Origin: Balanoglossus misakiensis
Lineage: Eukaryota; Animalia; Hemichordata
Assembly (NCBI GenBank): GCA_040954595.2
Contig: CM082595.2
Span: 2,339,843-2,403,842 of the forward strand
Direction of reading: 5' to 3'
Length of the DNA stretch: 64,000 nucleotides
Part shown: one piece after another, positions 52,401 through 64,000 of the stretch
Layout of the letters: every line of letters starts with the position of its first letter
Position numbering within the stretch: position 1 is the first letter of the stretch
Translations under genes and position numbers: made by a program
Notes under the pieces: model-generated
Told to the model about the DNA's origin: nothing
What the model saw: the letters and a program-made list of their open reading frames with translations, nothing else
Databases searched by the model: none

Positions 52401-55108
52401 TTTGACCAAACGTCGGGTCTTTGATATAGGGTATTTGACCAATGGAGTCTTATCATCTCTGGTCTCGATAACAGGTTAGTTCAACTCGGAGCAAATATGA
52501 TTGTTATTGTGTTTGTGTTTGTGGCGTAGTTTATAGGTAGATAGTTTATTTTTTTTATTTTGCATGTGTGTGAAGAATATAGAAACATTGCTTTGAACGT
52601 ATTGTGTCTACCTATGAGCTGGTTATTAGAATGTGCGATTGCACGCATGCGTGTTTGTGGGGAGGCACGGTCATTGAAAATTGAATCGTGTTCCGTCAGT
52701 TACGGGGGCCAACATTTTAGAGGCGGGTAATTGCTCTTACCTGTAAATTTGAGATGACGTGTGCACGTGCATGGATGTTCTCTTTGTTAAGGATAATTAT
52801 GTCACTTTGGGGAAAAATATCTCAGAAACCCCTTGTCCAGAGTATAGACATGTTCTCTGGAACAATATTGTACTATGGGGTAATTTTGTCATTTTAGGTT
52901 TTAAGGTTTATTTGTCAGAAACTGTTCTCCGGTAGCTTTGAAATATGGTTTTCAGGATCCTAGTGTCATCCTCATTACGATAAGCCAACATCATGTTTAA
53001 AAACATCAATGTTGTAGTTTGGGTCAATTTTTCCTATTTTGATGAAAAATCTCGATTTTTTAAATTGCTAGTGCAATATCTTTAAAAATTTGTTTGTATG
53101 ATCCGGGGGGTATTTTGTTATGATAGATGAAATGTATGACAAACTATAGAAATAAACGTCCCCTTGGGCAAATTTTGTCATTTTCAATCAACTAAGGTAT
53201 TTTGATCGAAAAGTCGATTTCTCAGAAATCGCTTGCCCGATTTCTTAAAACTTGGTTTGCCCAAGGGTATTCTTGTTATGATGTATAAAATGTATGACAC
53301 CTTGATCAACTGACATGTTTTCAGGAATCACTATCTAGTTGCATGTGACCTTGGTTTGCGACAGAGGTCATAAAAACGCTTTCCATATCATCAGATTTAT
53401 TCATTTATTCTCTCGTAAATTTGAACTCGATCAGTATGTGTCCAATTCACACATCAATACAATCGTAGTACAATTATGATCAAATGCGAACGCAGTGTCC
53501 TTGGCGCTATGTGTCTGGACTCCGCGCATTTCTGTACAGGAACTGGCCTCCGAGTCATCGCATGAGGCGAATACGGTTCACGGTCTCTCGCGGAGAGTAT
53601 TTGTGACCCCGCGGTGTTAGTCTCGGTTACCCAGACTCCTCTGTTTCTTTCGCTGCGCTCCAGAAAGAGAGTCTGTGGAAATACCACTGAACAATCTTCG
53701 AGCAAAGATGGCCGACTCGAGGCAAAAGCGATGCATGATGGTCGACATCATATAATTTGATATGACGCTATTATAAAACTACAGTACTTACCAAACCTCT
53801 TTCTCTCGCTCTTCACTTTGTGGACAGTTTCAGCAAGTCCAGCACTTCTCAGCCTGTCATGTTTTTTTATGCTTGAGGCTGCCAACCATCATGCGTCGCC
53901 TTTGCCCCGAGTCGGCCATCTTTGCTCGGCGAGTTTTCTGTAGGATTTCCCCAGACCCTCTTTCTGTAGCGCAGCGGAAGAAACAGAGACTAACCTTGGT
54001 ATATATTCATTTGCATGACGTGCTATCTCGTTCCATATGCTCTATTGTTGCAGCCATGTGTGCTATGGCACACCCGTGGCAGGGCTTCATGATTGGTAGC
54101 GTCGGCGCGCTCATCGCCTGTCTTGGTTGTGAACTGACAGCCAAGTTGAAGATAGACGACCCGGTGGGAGTGGTGCCGGTTCACGCAATGGCCTCGACAT
54201 GGGGTATGCTATCAGTGGGACTCTGCGGCCGGGTGGACCCGCTCGAAGACATATCGAGACACAATGGTGAGCCGTGTTGTAATGTGTCCGGTCAATAGGT
54301 GTGTACTATCCACATGGCCATTGCAATCAACAAGTGTTTGTTGCCTTAGTGGAGAACAGTTTGAACATTTGTAGTGTCATAATAAAGGTTACCACATGTA
54401 TATTGTTAGTGTGTAATAAACTGTAAAAATGTCAACATACCAATTTTAATTGATTTTGTTAATACCCTACTTTTTATATCATTTTATTTTTCAGGTCTGT
54501 TTTATGGCGGCGGATGGTATTTACTAGGGGTGCAACTCCTAGCCGTAGTGGCCGTCACCGCGTGGACTTTAGTCACCGCTTTTCTGATGCTAAAAGCACT
54601 GGACGTCACCATTGGTTTGCGAGTGCCTGTGCACGAGGAAATTCTGGGTGCAGACCTGGTCGAACACAACCTGTACGGCTCGTACGAGAAAAGCAGCCGT
54701 GAGCTGAGCGGTCCGGGCGGCGATGTCGTCCACGTTGTCAAACAGGACGGCGACAAGGCGTACAACAGCAGCTTGCGCCGGGTCTCTCAGTTGGTCTCCG
54801 TGGGAATGCCGTACTCGCTGGTCGCGGTGTCCTCAGTGCTCAAACTGGACAACGTGGCCGAAGGGGAGCCGGAAAGCGCCGATGGACAGGACGAGTTTGA
54901 CGTTGGTGGCGATACCAAAGATGGTGGCAATGCTCGTCGAGTGGGCTCTGCCGAACCAATCAGCGATAGCGATATGAGCTTCATATCTCAAGGAGCTGAT
55001 TCCCGTTTAAATTCACCCGCACACCCTAACGTGCCCACTCCTAATGCCCGTTCTAAAAGAAACACCGGCAATGGAGCAGCCATTTCACATTCTGTTTGCG
55101 GACTCTAA
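49425..55108 (+). CDS. amt: Ammonium transporter, Amt family, paralogue 2 (~587 aa)
   Basis: Exons 49425-50152, 50509-50580, 50881-50940, 52398-52474, 54054-54266, 54495-55108 (1764 nt). Internal exons are 72/60/77/213 nt as in paralogue 1; same Amt motifs. Confidence 0.95.
52810..53330. repeat. Degenerate tandem repeat / transposon remnant in Amt paralogue 2 intron 4
   Basis: Recurring segments: tcagaaa.. (52822, 52915, 53222), aattttgtcatttt (~52882, ~53171), and gtatt.t.gttatga...aaatgtatgaca (~53110, ~53267). Confidence 0.5.
53618..53992. mobile_element. MITE with ~110-125 bp imperfect terminal inverted repeats, TA-flanked
   Basis: 53639-53746 is the reverse complement of 53881-53988 with scattered mismatches. 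Termini are TA|GTCTC ... GAGAC|TA; the right arm lacks ~17 bp present in the left. Confidence 0.75.
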
Positions 55109-57593
55109 GAACTCCAGTCACAGACCTAAGCTTTAGGCGACTGTAGATGAAATTAAAAATTTATGAGTATCGCATGATTTTTTTCTTTTCAAATTCCGCA
55201 TATCGCATATCACTTTGCCGATTTTCGTGGGGATTGAACAGTAAGCATATATCTAACAATTTGAATTTTCATTTTGTCATGTTCCCTTTATTTCAATGTG
55301 TATGTATTTGTGTATGTATCTATATGCTATACTGACTGTACTTGAAATTATATCAATCTGCTTATAATATAAACTCATCTGCATTGAACACAATGGAAAA
55401 ATCATATTTTAGAGGTAGTCCTCATCAATTAATATTCATTTATCCATTCATTCATTAACTCATTTACTCACTCTCTCATTTATTTATTTTATTGAGGTTG
55501 GCGATTTGCACTGTACAATATCTGCCATCATGATAATGTAAATAATAAAAAACATATAATATCCTAGTGCTTATGAATAAAAAATACCGGGCGAAAAATA
55601 TGTACGTGTCGGATTCCAGTGGTCGTGAAATGGAAACTGTGAACACAATGATCCAGAGGACAGTTATCAAACAATACGCATTCAAGAGAGCATAGTCAGG
55701 GAATCCAATTCTTGCGAGTCTGCCATTGAAAAGACTGAAAGAGCTGCCGATCGGTAAAAACTGCACTCTCAGATCTTGTTCCTCGTTTTGTAAGTGAGTA
55801 TTAAACCCGGTGCGACCGATATGGCAGTGTGCACAAAATACGTCAACATGTTTCAGAGATTGCCCGGGGGATAACACCATTTCTTCAGATAATCCTCAAC
55901 GAAATTCTGATATTCCTCGTGGTCGCTCCTTTGTTGCAAGGGGAGTCTGCTTTCAAGAGGCTCGCGAATGAGAAACTCTTTATTTTGACAGTGGCGTTCG
56001 AACGACGAGACTGCATGCAAGAAGAAATATATATTCACATAAATAATGGTAAACACGCGTACACCATTTTTTTTTATACAAAGATGCCCCACAACACTTG
56101 GACATCTGAGTAACACTTTCTCGTGATTAAGATACTATGTATACTAGCTATACACAATACTGATCACAACGAATTCGCTTTTCATTGCAAGATCTTCCAC
56201 TTCCAGAGTGATGTCACAAGACTCCGTGTAAGACTTATTGTGAAAAGTAGGTCTGTGACACAACAATCTCCGCGCGTTCATATCGTATGTCACGTATCAA
56301 GTCTAATGCCGCAGTTGGTTTTCTCAATTTGCGATACATTATTTCCGCTTGGTAATGACGCACACCATGTCATAGGGAGATTGCGCAGTCGTTTTACGGG
56401 TTATAAAACGCGTAACAGGAAAAAAAACAGCCTCGCCAACGCAGCGCCTCTCCGTATGAGCAACTTGGTAACCTTGAAATCACGAACATATTCACAACCT
56501 TCAAAAGTGCATTTCAGATGTTCAATACGTGCTTTTATTGTTGTTGTTGAATTTTTTGTTATGCGCTGTTGATGTAGTTAGACTAGAGTGCAAATTTCCG
56601 GAAAAGAAGTTCGCCATGCGCCAACTTCAACCAGAAATCAAGCTGTGTTTTTTCCAAATACCTTTTTCGAAGATCAATGACAAATGCATACACTCGCGCA
56701 AAATACCATGACACGTGGGCACTGATTGGTTGACTTAAAAGTTCTCAAGTTAGATTATTTCTATAATTTTATTGGTCACGTTCCAGGAACCCTGTCTAGT
56801 ACCCTTTTTGCAATAATGACTCGATGACAATTTTCCCTGTTACTCCGAATCGTATAAATTGTCACCCTTGGTAATCTCTGGTAAAGCTACCTTCCCTTTA
56901 TCCGTCCTGGGGACAATCTGAGGACGGTCTGAAGTTTCCTTCCACATGTTGAGTTCACGTCTGTATTCCAATTCTGGAGAATCAACCTTCGATAACCAAC
57001 ACGTTTCTTTAATAAGAAACCCCACTATGTTTTGACACTTGTTTTGTCTTCCGAGAGAAACGACATTTATTAACAAAACAGTCTTATTCCTTGTGAAATA
57101 AGGAATCAAGACGTTTCAAGACCCCCTACCTTGTGGGAGATTAGCAATCCTCTAACAGACTGTTGTAAACCTTCAATCAACTCTACGACTATGATCACTC
57201 TGACATATGCGTGTGCGCCTTAGGTTCGTCATCCATTGAAGATTTCATATCCACCATTCAATTTTCTGACGGATGATATGAGAGTAGAAACAGCCCCAGG
57301 GTGTCCAACTAACAAACAACTTCCGAAAGTTACTATGATTACTTTGAAGTCAGGATGAATAATTTGAGATTCAACCACTGATGTTTGCTGCCAAAAAAGA
57401 CAGGGGTTGCCTTGAAGCTTTCAATTTTGACTGGTTATTAAATGTACACAATAGAATATATAGATAAAGGGGGGATAACTCGCCTGACTATCATACACGC
57501 ACTCACACTACATATATTAGACTTCAAGTGAACTGAAGACATATACATGTAACATGTTGATACAGCTCTGGCAATTTGATTCATTGGCAAACG

Positions 57594-60500
57594 ATGAACG
57601 CGTCCGATTCTAACACAAGCGACAGTTACGGCCTCTATGGTGAGACCACGCCCGGTGGTGATGCTAGCCAGCGTGAGTGGGACGATGCAACCTGGATCTT
57701 GACCAGCGCTTTTATCATCTTCACCATGCAGTCGGGTTTTGGGCTCCTCGAGTCCGGCTCGGTCTCCAAGAAAAACGAAGTCAACATCATGGTGAAAAAC
57801 GCCGTCGACGTCATCTTCGGCGGCCTGTCGTTCTGGATTTTCGGCTACGGTTTCAGCTTCGGCGAGAGCCCCGGCTCCAACGCGTTCGTGGGCATCGGTA
57901 AGACGTTCGTCCACGAAGGCGACGGCGACAGCTTCGGCGAGGTGTACTCCAGCCTCTTCTTTCAAACTTCGTTCGCCACGACGTCGACAACGATCGTCAG
58001 CGGCGCCATGGCGGAGCGCACCAGGCTCGAGTCGTACATCGTCTTCTCCTTCTTGAACACGATCGTCTACTGTTTGCCGTCTCGCTGGGTCTGGGCAAGA
58101 ACGGGCTGGCTGAAGTCCCTCGGAGTTGTGGACATCGCTGGGGCCAGCTGCGTCCATCTTGTAGGGGGCGTTAGCGGTCTCGTGGCTACGATCATTCTCA
58201 AGCCGAGGACGGGGCGATTTGACAAGGACGGCAAGGCAAGGCGAATGAATATGGGAGTGCCGACCAATGCCTTATTTGGCATGTTCATGTTGTGGTGAGT
58301 ACTTTTTGAGAAATAAGCGACTATTAACGATAGAAAGCGGGCTAATTGTAACAGTTGTCATCAGAATCCACTGAGAAGAGAGTCTTTTACATCTCAATTG
58401 CATAATATATTATTCAACAGGTGGGGATGGTTGGGCTTTAACTGTGGCAGTACTTACGGAATAACTGGTGGGAAATGGAAACTAGCGGCTAGGTAATTAT
58501 AGTTATTGCTTGAATACTAAATCCAATCAAAGATTAATAAGCTTCCATTTCGCTTAAGAACACTTACAACTGAATTCTACATGTATAAAACTACATATAA
58601 TTTGACACTTTGCAGCTTCTGATGAGCACAACATGCTAAAGGTGTTTGTTTCCACGAATGTTGGCTTCATTTGCAGGTCAGCCGTGGTCACCATCACGTG
58701 TTCGATTGGAGGAGGAATCGCCGGCATTTCGTTGAGGTAAGTCGGTGTATCAGAAATTAACAATCGTACATCCTGCAACTTACAGCACATGTTTCCACGA
58801 GCTAGATATTAAACGTAAATCAATAAATTGTGCCAAAACGTTTTTTTTTTCAGTAAAGTACGTACATTCTTCAAGCCTTGTATCGATTTTTCACATCTAT
58901 TTAAATGTTTGTGTAATTGTTCGATACTTTTTTTCTTGCAGCTATGTGTTGAAGAAAAGGAAGTTTGATATAGTATATCTGATCAACGGCATTCTGGGTT
59001 CTCTGGTTTCTGGAACAGGTATGATTTTTTCACCCCAAAAGTTAAAAAGAAACCAAGCAAGAAATCAACCGTGGAAAAAAAACGGTTTCAGTGATTCTCT
59101 TCACAAATCGCGTTTTTGTTGATAACAGATTATGCGACTAATAGCACAAAATTAGACAGCGACTCAGGGAGGACACGATTTACTGGGGTCAGATCTTGGG
59201 ATCTTTTCGCTACGGAAGCGCTATCACAGGAAATTTAAAGCAAGCCCGCGTTATCTCTATGATCGATACCTTCAAATGTATTTTTTTTGTTTATCTGACC
59301 AAGCTCTGTGCGCACTGGCTCACCCGTGGGAAGGATTGGTTATCGGGTTAGTTGGAGGAAGCGTGGCTTGTCTGGGCGGCGATGTGGTGACCAAATTAAA
59401 GATTGACGACCCAGTGGGCGTTGTCTCCGTTCACGCCTTGGCGGCCACCTGGGGACTCATATCTGTCGGCTTGTTTGTTCGCGAAGACGACATGGAGAAG
59501 ATTTCTTCTCGAGACGGTAATATTTCAATTTGATTCGCTTTGTTTTGATTCGTGTTGTTTCGCGTGGAACCAGCACGCATGCAGCTGGGAAGGAAGCAGG
59601 TCTGAGCTTAGTATAAAAAACAGACAAAAAGGCTGAGAGTGGCGGTGTTATTGACAGAATAAAAAAAACAGACATGCAAAAAGAAGCAACCGTGCTCAAG
59701 GAAAATATGCATGGAAGAGGACAGATAAGAAAATCTCTTATAAAATAATGGAAAACTGCAGACTGTTGATAAAGTGCGGTATATCTTATCATCTCCTGTA
59801 AGGGTCTTGCAAGTTTTATGATAGGAACGACGGAAAGAGGTTTGCTAACTTATCCATCACTCGCTATTCTTGAAGAACTGATATTTTATTCCGGTAGCTG
59901 CACAACTTTGATATACCTCTTCACAATAACCTGACACTACCAAAACTATTCGGTATCGATAAACAAAATTTTACGCACACAAATTGATTTTTTTTTCGTT
60001 TCGTTTCACATAGGGTTATTTTACGGAGGCAGTGTTTACATGCTCGGGGTTCAAATTTTGGCCATTGTCACCATTACCGCGTGGACGATTCTAATATCAA
60101 CCGCGTTGCTGAAGTTGGTGGATGTTACAGTTGGCCTCCGAGTGAGCATTCACGAAGAAATGCTGGGCGCGGACCTGGTGGAGCACGCGTTGAACGGCTC
60201 GTACGACAAGGTGACCAGAGAGTTGAGGAGCCACGGTGGCGAGTTGGTGGAAATCGTCAGGCGGGACGGAGACGAGGCTTACCAGGACGAACTGCGCCGC
60301 CTCTCCGAAGCCATGGCTCGGGGCATACCCAGAGAAATGCTGAGCTCCGTCAATTTGGGACGTTCCAATCTGGACGTGGCCGACGCTGACTCTCGCGGCG
60401 AGACGTCATTAGCGGCGAGAGTGAAACGGGGGCGTCTCAGCATCATGACAATCAGCAGCGCCAGACGTGTCTCGCCAATGGACGATGTCTCGCTGCTGTC

Positions 60501-60696
60501 CCCGGTGGATCTCGGCGGAGGAGGAGGCATAATCTCTGACGTCAGGATAGGCAGCGGATTGAGACAGCCTCTCAAAGGGAGCCGGTTCTTCAACAACTAC
60601 GTCATGAACGCCGAGGGGTTCCACGGGGATATGGACGTGTGCATCGACCAGATTCTGGATGAAACGAAAAGCATCAACGGAAACAGCAACGTGTAG
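57594..60696 (+). CDS. amt: Ammonium transporter, Amt family, paralogue 3 (~601 aa)
   Basis: Exons 57594-58294, 58421-58492, 58677-58736, 58942-59018, 59304-59516, 60014-60696 (1806 nt). Same exon sizes and Amt motifs; AATAAA at 61189-61194. Confidence 0.95.
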
Positions 60697-61890
60697 CTTA
60701 TGGCAGGACTCTCCACAAGCAGCATATCATCGACAACGTGACTGATTTGAAAGCCGTTTCTTACAGGCGCTGTAGCATTCGAAGCCCGATAGATACCTTT
60801 AATGACGACACAAGAGATTTGTTCAGAGAGTGATTAGACGTGCTGTACTATGTTGTGAAGGGTACCGAAAAAAAACAGGGTTCTATAAAATCAACAATTC
60901 TCGATGTAACCATGAGATGTATTTACAATTAATATCATCTATAGAAAATATACTTATTTTACAATAGTCCATCCAGCGTGTATCTACGTCGACGTCATGT
61001 TTCCGGTTGACTGTCCAAAAGGGTAAACTCAAAATGGAACAATCATACCAACGAAATGCCAGGATGTAACGTTCACACAGGGCATAAACGTTGCCAATTG
61101 AGGGGTTTAATTCTTGGTGATGGAATATGACTTCTGTGGAGTCCCTTTTCATTACTGTGTTTCCCAGAGAGTACTGTGTACACTTTGAAATAAAAACGTC
61201 TTACTGTTTGAGCCCCAGGATAGATTTTGCCGTAGTGTTCCATTCAATAATTGTATGACCATATCTCGATGGGTGTCATCATCGGCGTACACTAATGAAG
61301 ACGCGCAGAAAAATATTTACAAAGACCTAAAATGTCAGAAAGTGTACTACCCCCCCCCCCCCTCTCTCTCTCGTTCTGGCGAGTATTAGTATTTAGCTGA
61401 AATAATGCCACATATTCTGTACCATCATTAGCCCAGAAGATGGTGTGTCTGTCAGCTTGTTGTTTGATGTATCCCGAAAGAATGGCAGCCTTGCAATTGC
61501 ACATTTTCTCATGATAGAAGTCTACAAAGATCCGAAAAATTCCAGTCATCCTCGCCAGCCTCATCCGACACAAAAATGCAAAGGCGATTACAATCACAAG
61601 GTGGCGAGTACAACATGTGTGAAAGCACCTGGTGGAGCTGTGCATTGTTATTGGCCACTCTCGCTGATGAAAATCTCCCCAATCGCTTATTGGTTGAAAA
61701 CAGTTTGTACCTCATGATTGGTTATGTTTAACACCAGGTGTTGTTGTGAACCGGATAACACACTGGTGTCATGCAATCGTCGAGACATTGAAAACCACGC
61801 TTGTGGCCCTCGCGTTGTTCAGTAGGCCCGTTCAGTATCTGTACAGATGCACTCCGCGTACATGCATTCTATACACACTGAATCACAGTT

Positions 61891-63954
61891 TCACACCCAT
61901 ATGACGTTATCTTCGTTGTTTTCTTCAGATGCACAGTCGATTCCAAGTGCTGAGAACTCCTGTCGTCTCAGCATTGTTTCGGCGTCTCTGGACGCTTCGA
62001 CGAGAGAACGGATATCCAGCACGGGCGTTTCTATCCCAGCCGGGGCAGCCTCGAAAACACGCCGGGTATCCGATTTCCCCCCTCCGTCAGCAGTCACAGA
62101 GGTGTTGGTGTTAAACGCATTAAAACCTGAAAGACCCGTTTCATTCTTATGCGTCAAGATGGATAAATTGTTACCTAGCCCTACACGTTTTTCCAGAGAG
62201 TCGTCAAGGCGATTTTCACTTACTTCAAATCCCAGATTCGTATTTCCGTCTCCGACGAAGCCCTCCGCTGACTTTCGCCTTGAAAATGTTTTGCACTCTT
62301 TCAGGTTAACGTCGCCTTCCGGAAAGGTTTTGATGGGAATGCGCTGACCAGTCGGAGTGATTAGAGTTTTGGTCTTTTTGGAGTATCGACCGTGTAGTCC
62401 GTGCTCCACAATGTCGGCGCCCAGAAGCTCCTCGTGAAGGGGCACGCGAAGGCCGATGGTGACGTCAATCAGTTTGAGAATGACGAACGATGATGTGGCG
62501 GTCCAGGCACAGATACATACCAGAGCCAGGGTCTGTACACCAAGTAAATACCAGCCTCCACCCAAAAATAACCCTATATTTGAAACAGGATATTTGAAAT
62601 AGAAATTAGTACATGTATTTGCTCGTGTAAATCACGTATTATACCTGCCTGTCTGTATGTATGTGTGTGTGAGTGTGTCTGTCTGTCTGATTGGCTGCCT
62701 GGTGGCTGGCCAGATGTCTTCCCGTTACGTAATCTATTCCACTGTTGTTCTACAGCTTTGTTCGTGAGGTGACAATGTTAGCGTGACTACTGCTTTACAA
62801 ACTGAAATGGGGGACCTATCCTTGTAGTATGTCGGACTGAACATTAACAGTGCTCAAATGATGACCATAATTAATTTTACAAAAGGGGTGGGAATAATTG
62901 TTCACGCTGCTAGCTGTCACAGGTAGAGGAGTAGAATTTGAACCGCACCTCTCGACACTGGCATAAAATGGTCCTCGCCGTTGCCATCGTTGACGAAGAG
63001 ACCAACAGCCAGCATGCCCCATATGGCAGATATGAAATGGACGGGAATCACGTCTACTGGGTCGTCAATCTTCAGTTTATGTACAAGACGTGAGCCCAGA
63101 CAACCCAGCAGTCCCCCGATGACACCAATCACCAATGCTTCCCACGAAGACGCCAGAGCACAAATACCTGAATTTGCAAACACAAACAAAAACTTAAATC
63201 GTTGCGCCGTGATAGTAACGCTGTTGGGGAATAAAAGCATAAACTAAATAATTAAAATGCTTCTCTATAAAAAAAAACTCAGGGCGTTGTTGTTATATTC
63301 ATTATTATAGTAAACTTATTATCAATATGAGCCACTTGTTCTGTCATTGACTGAAATATCTTGGTTCCAGGTATTTATTTCGTATCCATTTCATTTGCAT
63401 TTAATTTGCATAATATACCTGTGACCGACACCAGCGAGCTGAGGACTCCATTTATCAGGAAACCTATGTCGAGCACTCTGTCGTTCATGACGTAACTGGA
63501 ATAAAACGAGAGAAACAGATTATCAGCGTTACGCCCACCTTGCTAATAGGGAGAAGTCAACTTTGTTCTCTCTCAATATCCAGAATATCAAATTCGAGGC
63601 CACGTGAGGCAAGTCTATGAGCGATCAAAGAGCAAAACTATGGCAAGTCTGAAACGTTCGAGAAATGCAAAGTTCACACTAAATCCCTGTCTCACACTAA
63701 GAATAGTAACAGAATTGAATTTATCCTGATCAGCCCGAAACCTCCATTAAGGTGGTTACGCTGCAGCTGCCAAATTCGCCCCGATCACGCAAAATAAGAA
63801 ATCCACTTGATCTGTGCGATACACTTTCTCTAGGACATCACTAAATGGCCTCGATTCAGTAATAATGACAACGCGGTCAACAATGTTCACGAACCTCAGG
63901 AAAATGCCCACAACGCCGCCTCCAATGGAAGACATTATAGTCGTAACAGCTGAT
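61891..63954 (-). CDS. amt: Ammonium transporter, Amt family, paralogue 4 (3' part; first two exons lie beyond the window)
   Basis: Exons on -: 63954-63895, 63495-63419, 63167-62949 (219 nt), 62573-61891. Motifs SAVTTIMSSIGGG, LINGVLSSLVSVTG, KIDDPVDVIPVH, GLRVPLHEELLGADIVEHG. Confidence 0.93.
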
Positions 63955-64000
63955 CTGTTGGCACAAATATACAGTAACCAGATTATCGCATACGTCACCA

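Noticed and set aside
57438-58157. 239-aa antisense ORF, and similar shadow ORFs over Amt, CRT-like and PLEKHG5 exons
   Set aside because: Shadow frames of GC-rich coding exons with no independent motifs.

Overview
Eukaryotic, intron-rich animal DNA. The gene content (Amt-type ammonium transporters plus a CRT-like transporter next to a PLEKHG5 orthologue) points to an invertebrate; a marine deuterostome such as a hemichordate is my guess, not something proven here. From left to right: (1) a 21-exon PLEKHG5/Syx-like RhoGEF on + (5679-17576, start codon not located); (2) a convergent 4-exon CRT-like transporter on - (19207-21291) with a GC-AG intron; (3) an ~18.5 kb block (about 22300-40830) made of one 87-bp satellite family. 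The block is arranged as a foldback-like inverted structure whose right arm contains two large, separately homogenised arrays (~114 and ~80 copies); (4) a tandem cluster of four Amt genes with matching intron positions (three complete six-exon genes on +, one on - running off the window). Most notable: the satellite architecture; paralogue-specific substitutions at Amt pore residues, including a natural equivalent of E. coli AmtB W148L; a splice-dependent PDZ-ligand switch at the PLEKHG5 C-terminus; a palindromic bidirectional poly(A) site; and a 56-bp hairpin insertion with a 9-bp target duplication. No rRNA, tRNA or CRISPR was found. All exon models and alignments were done by eye.
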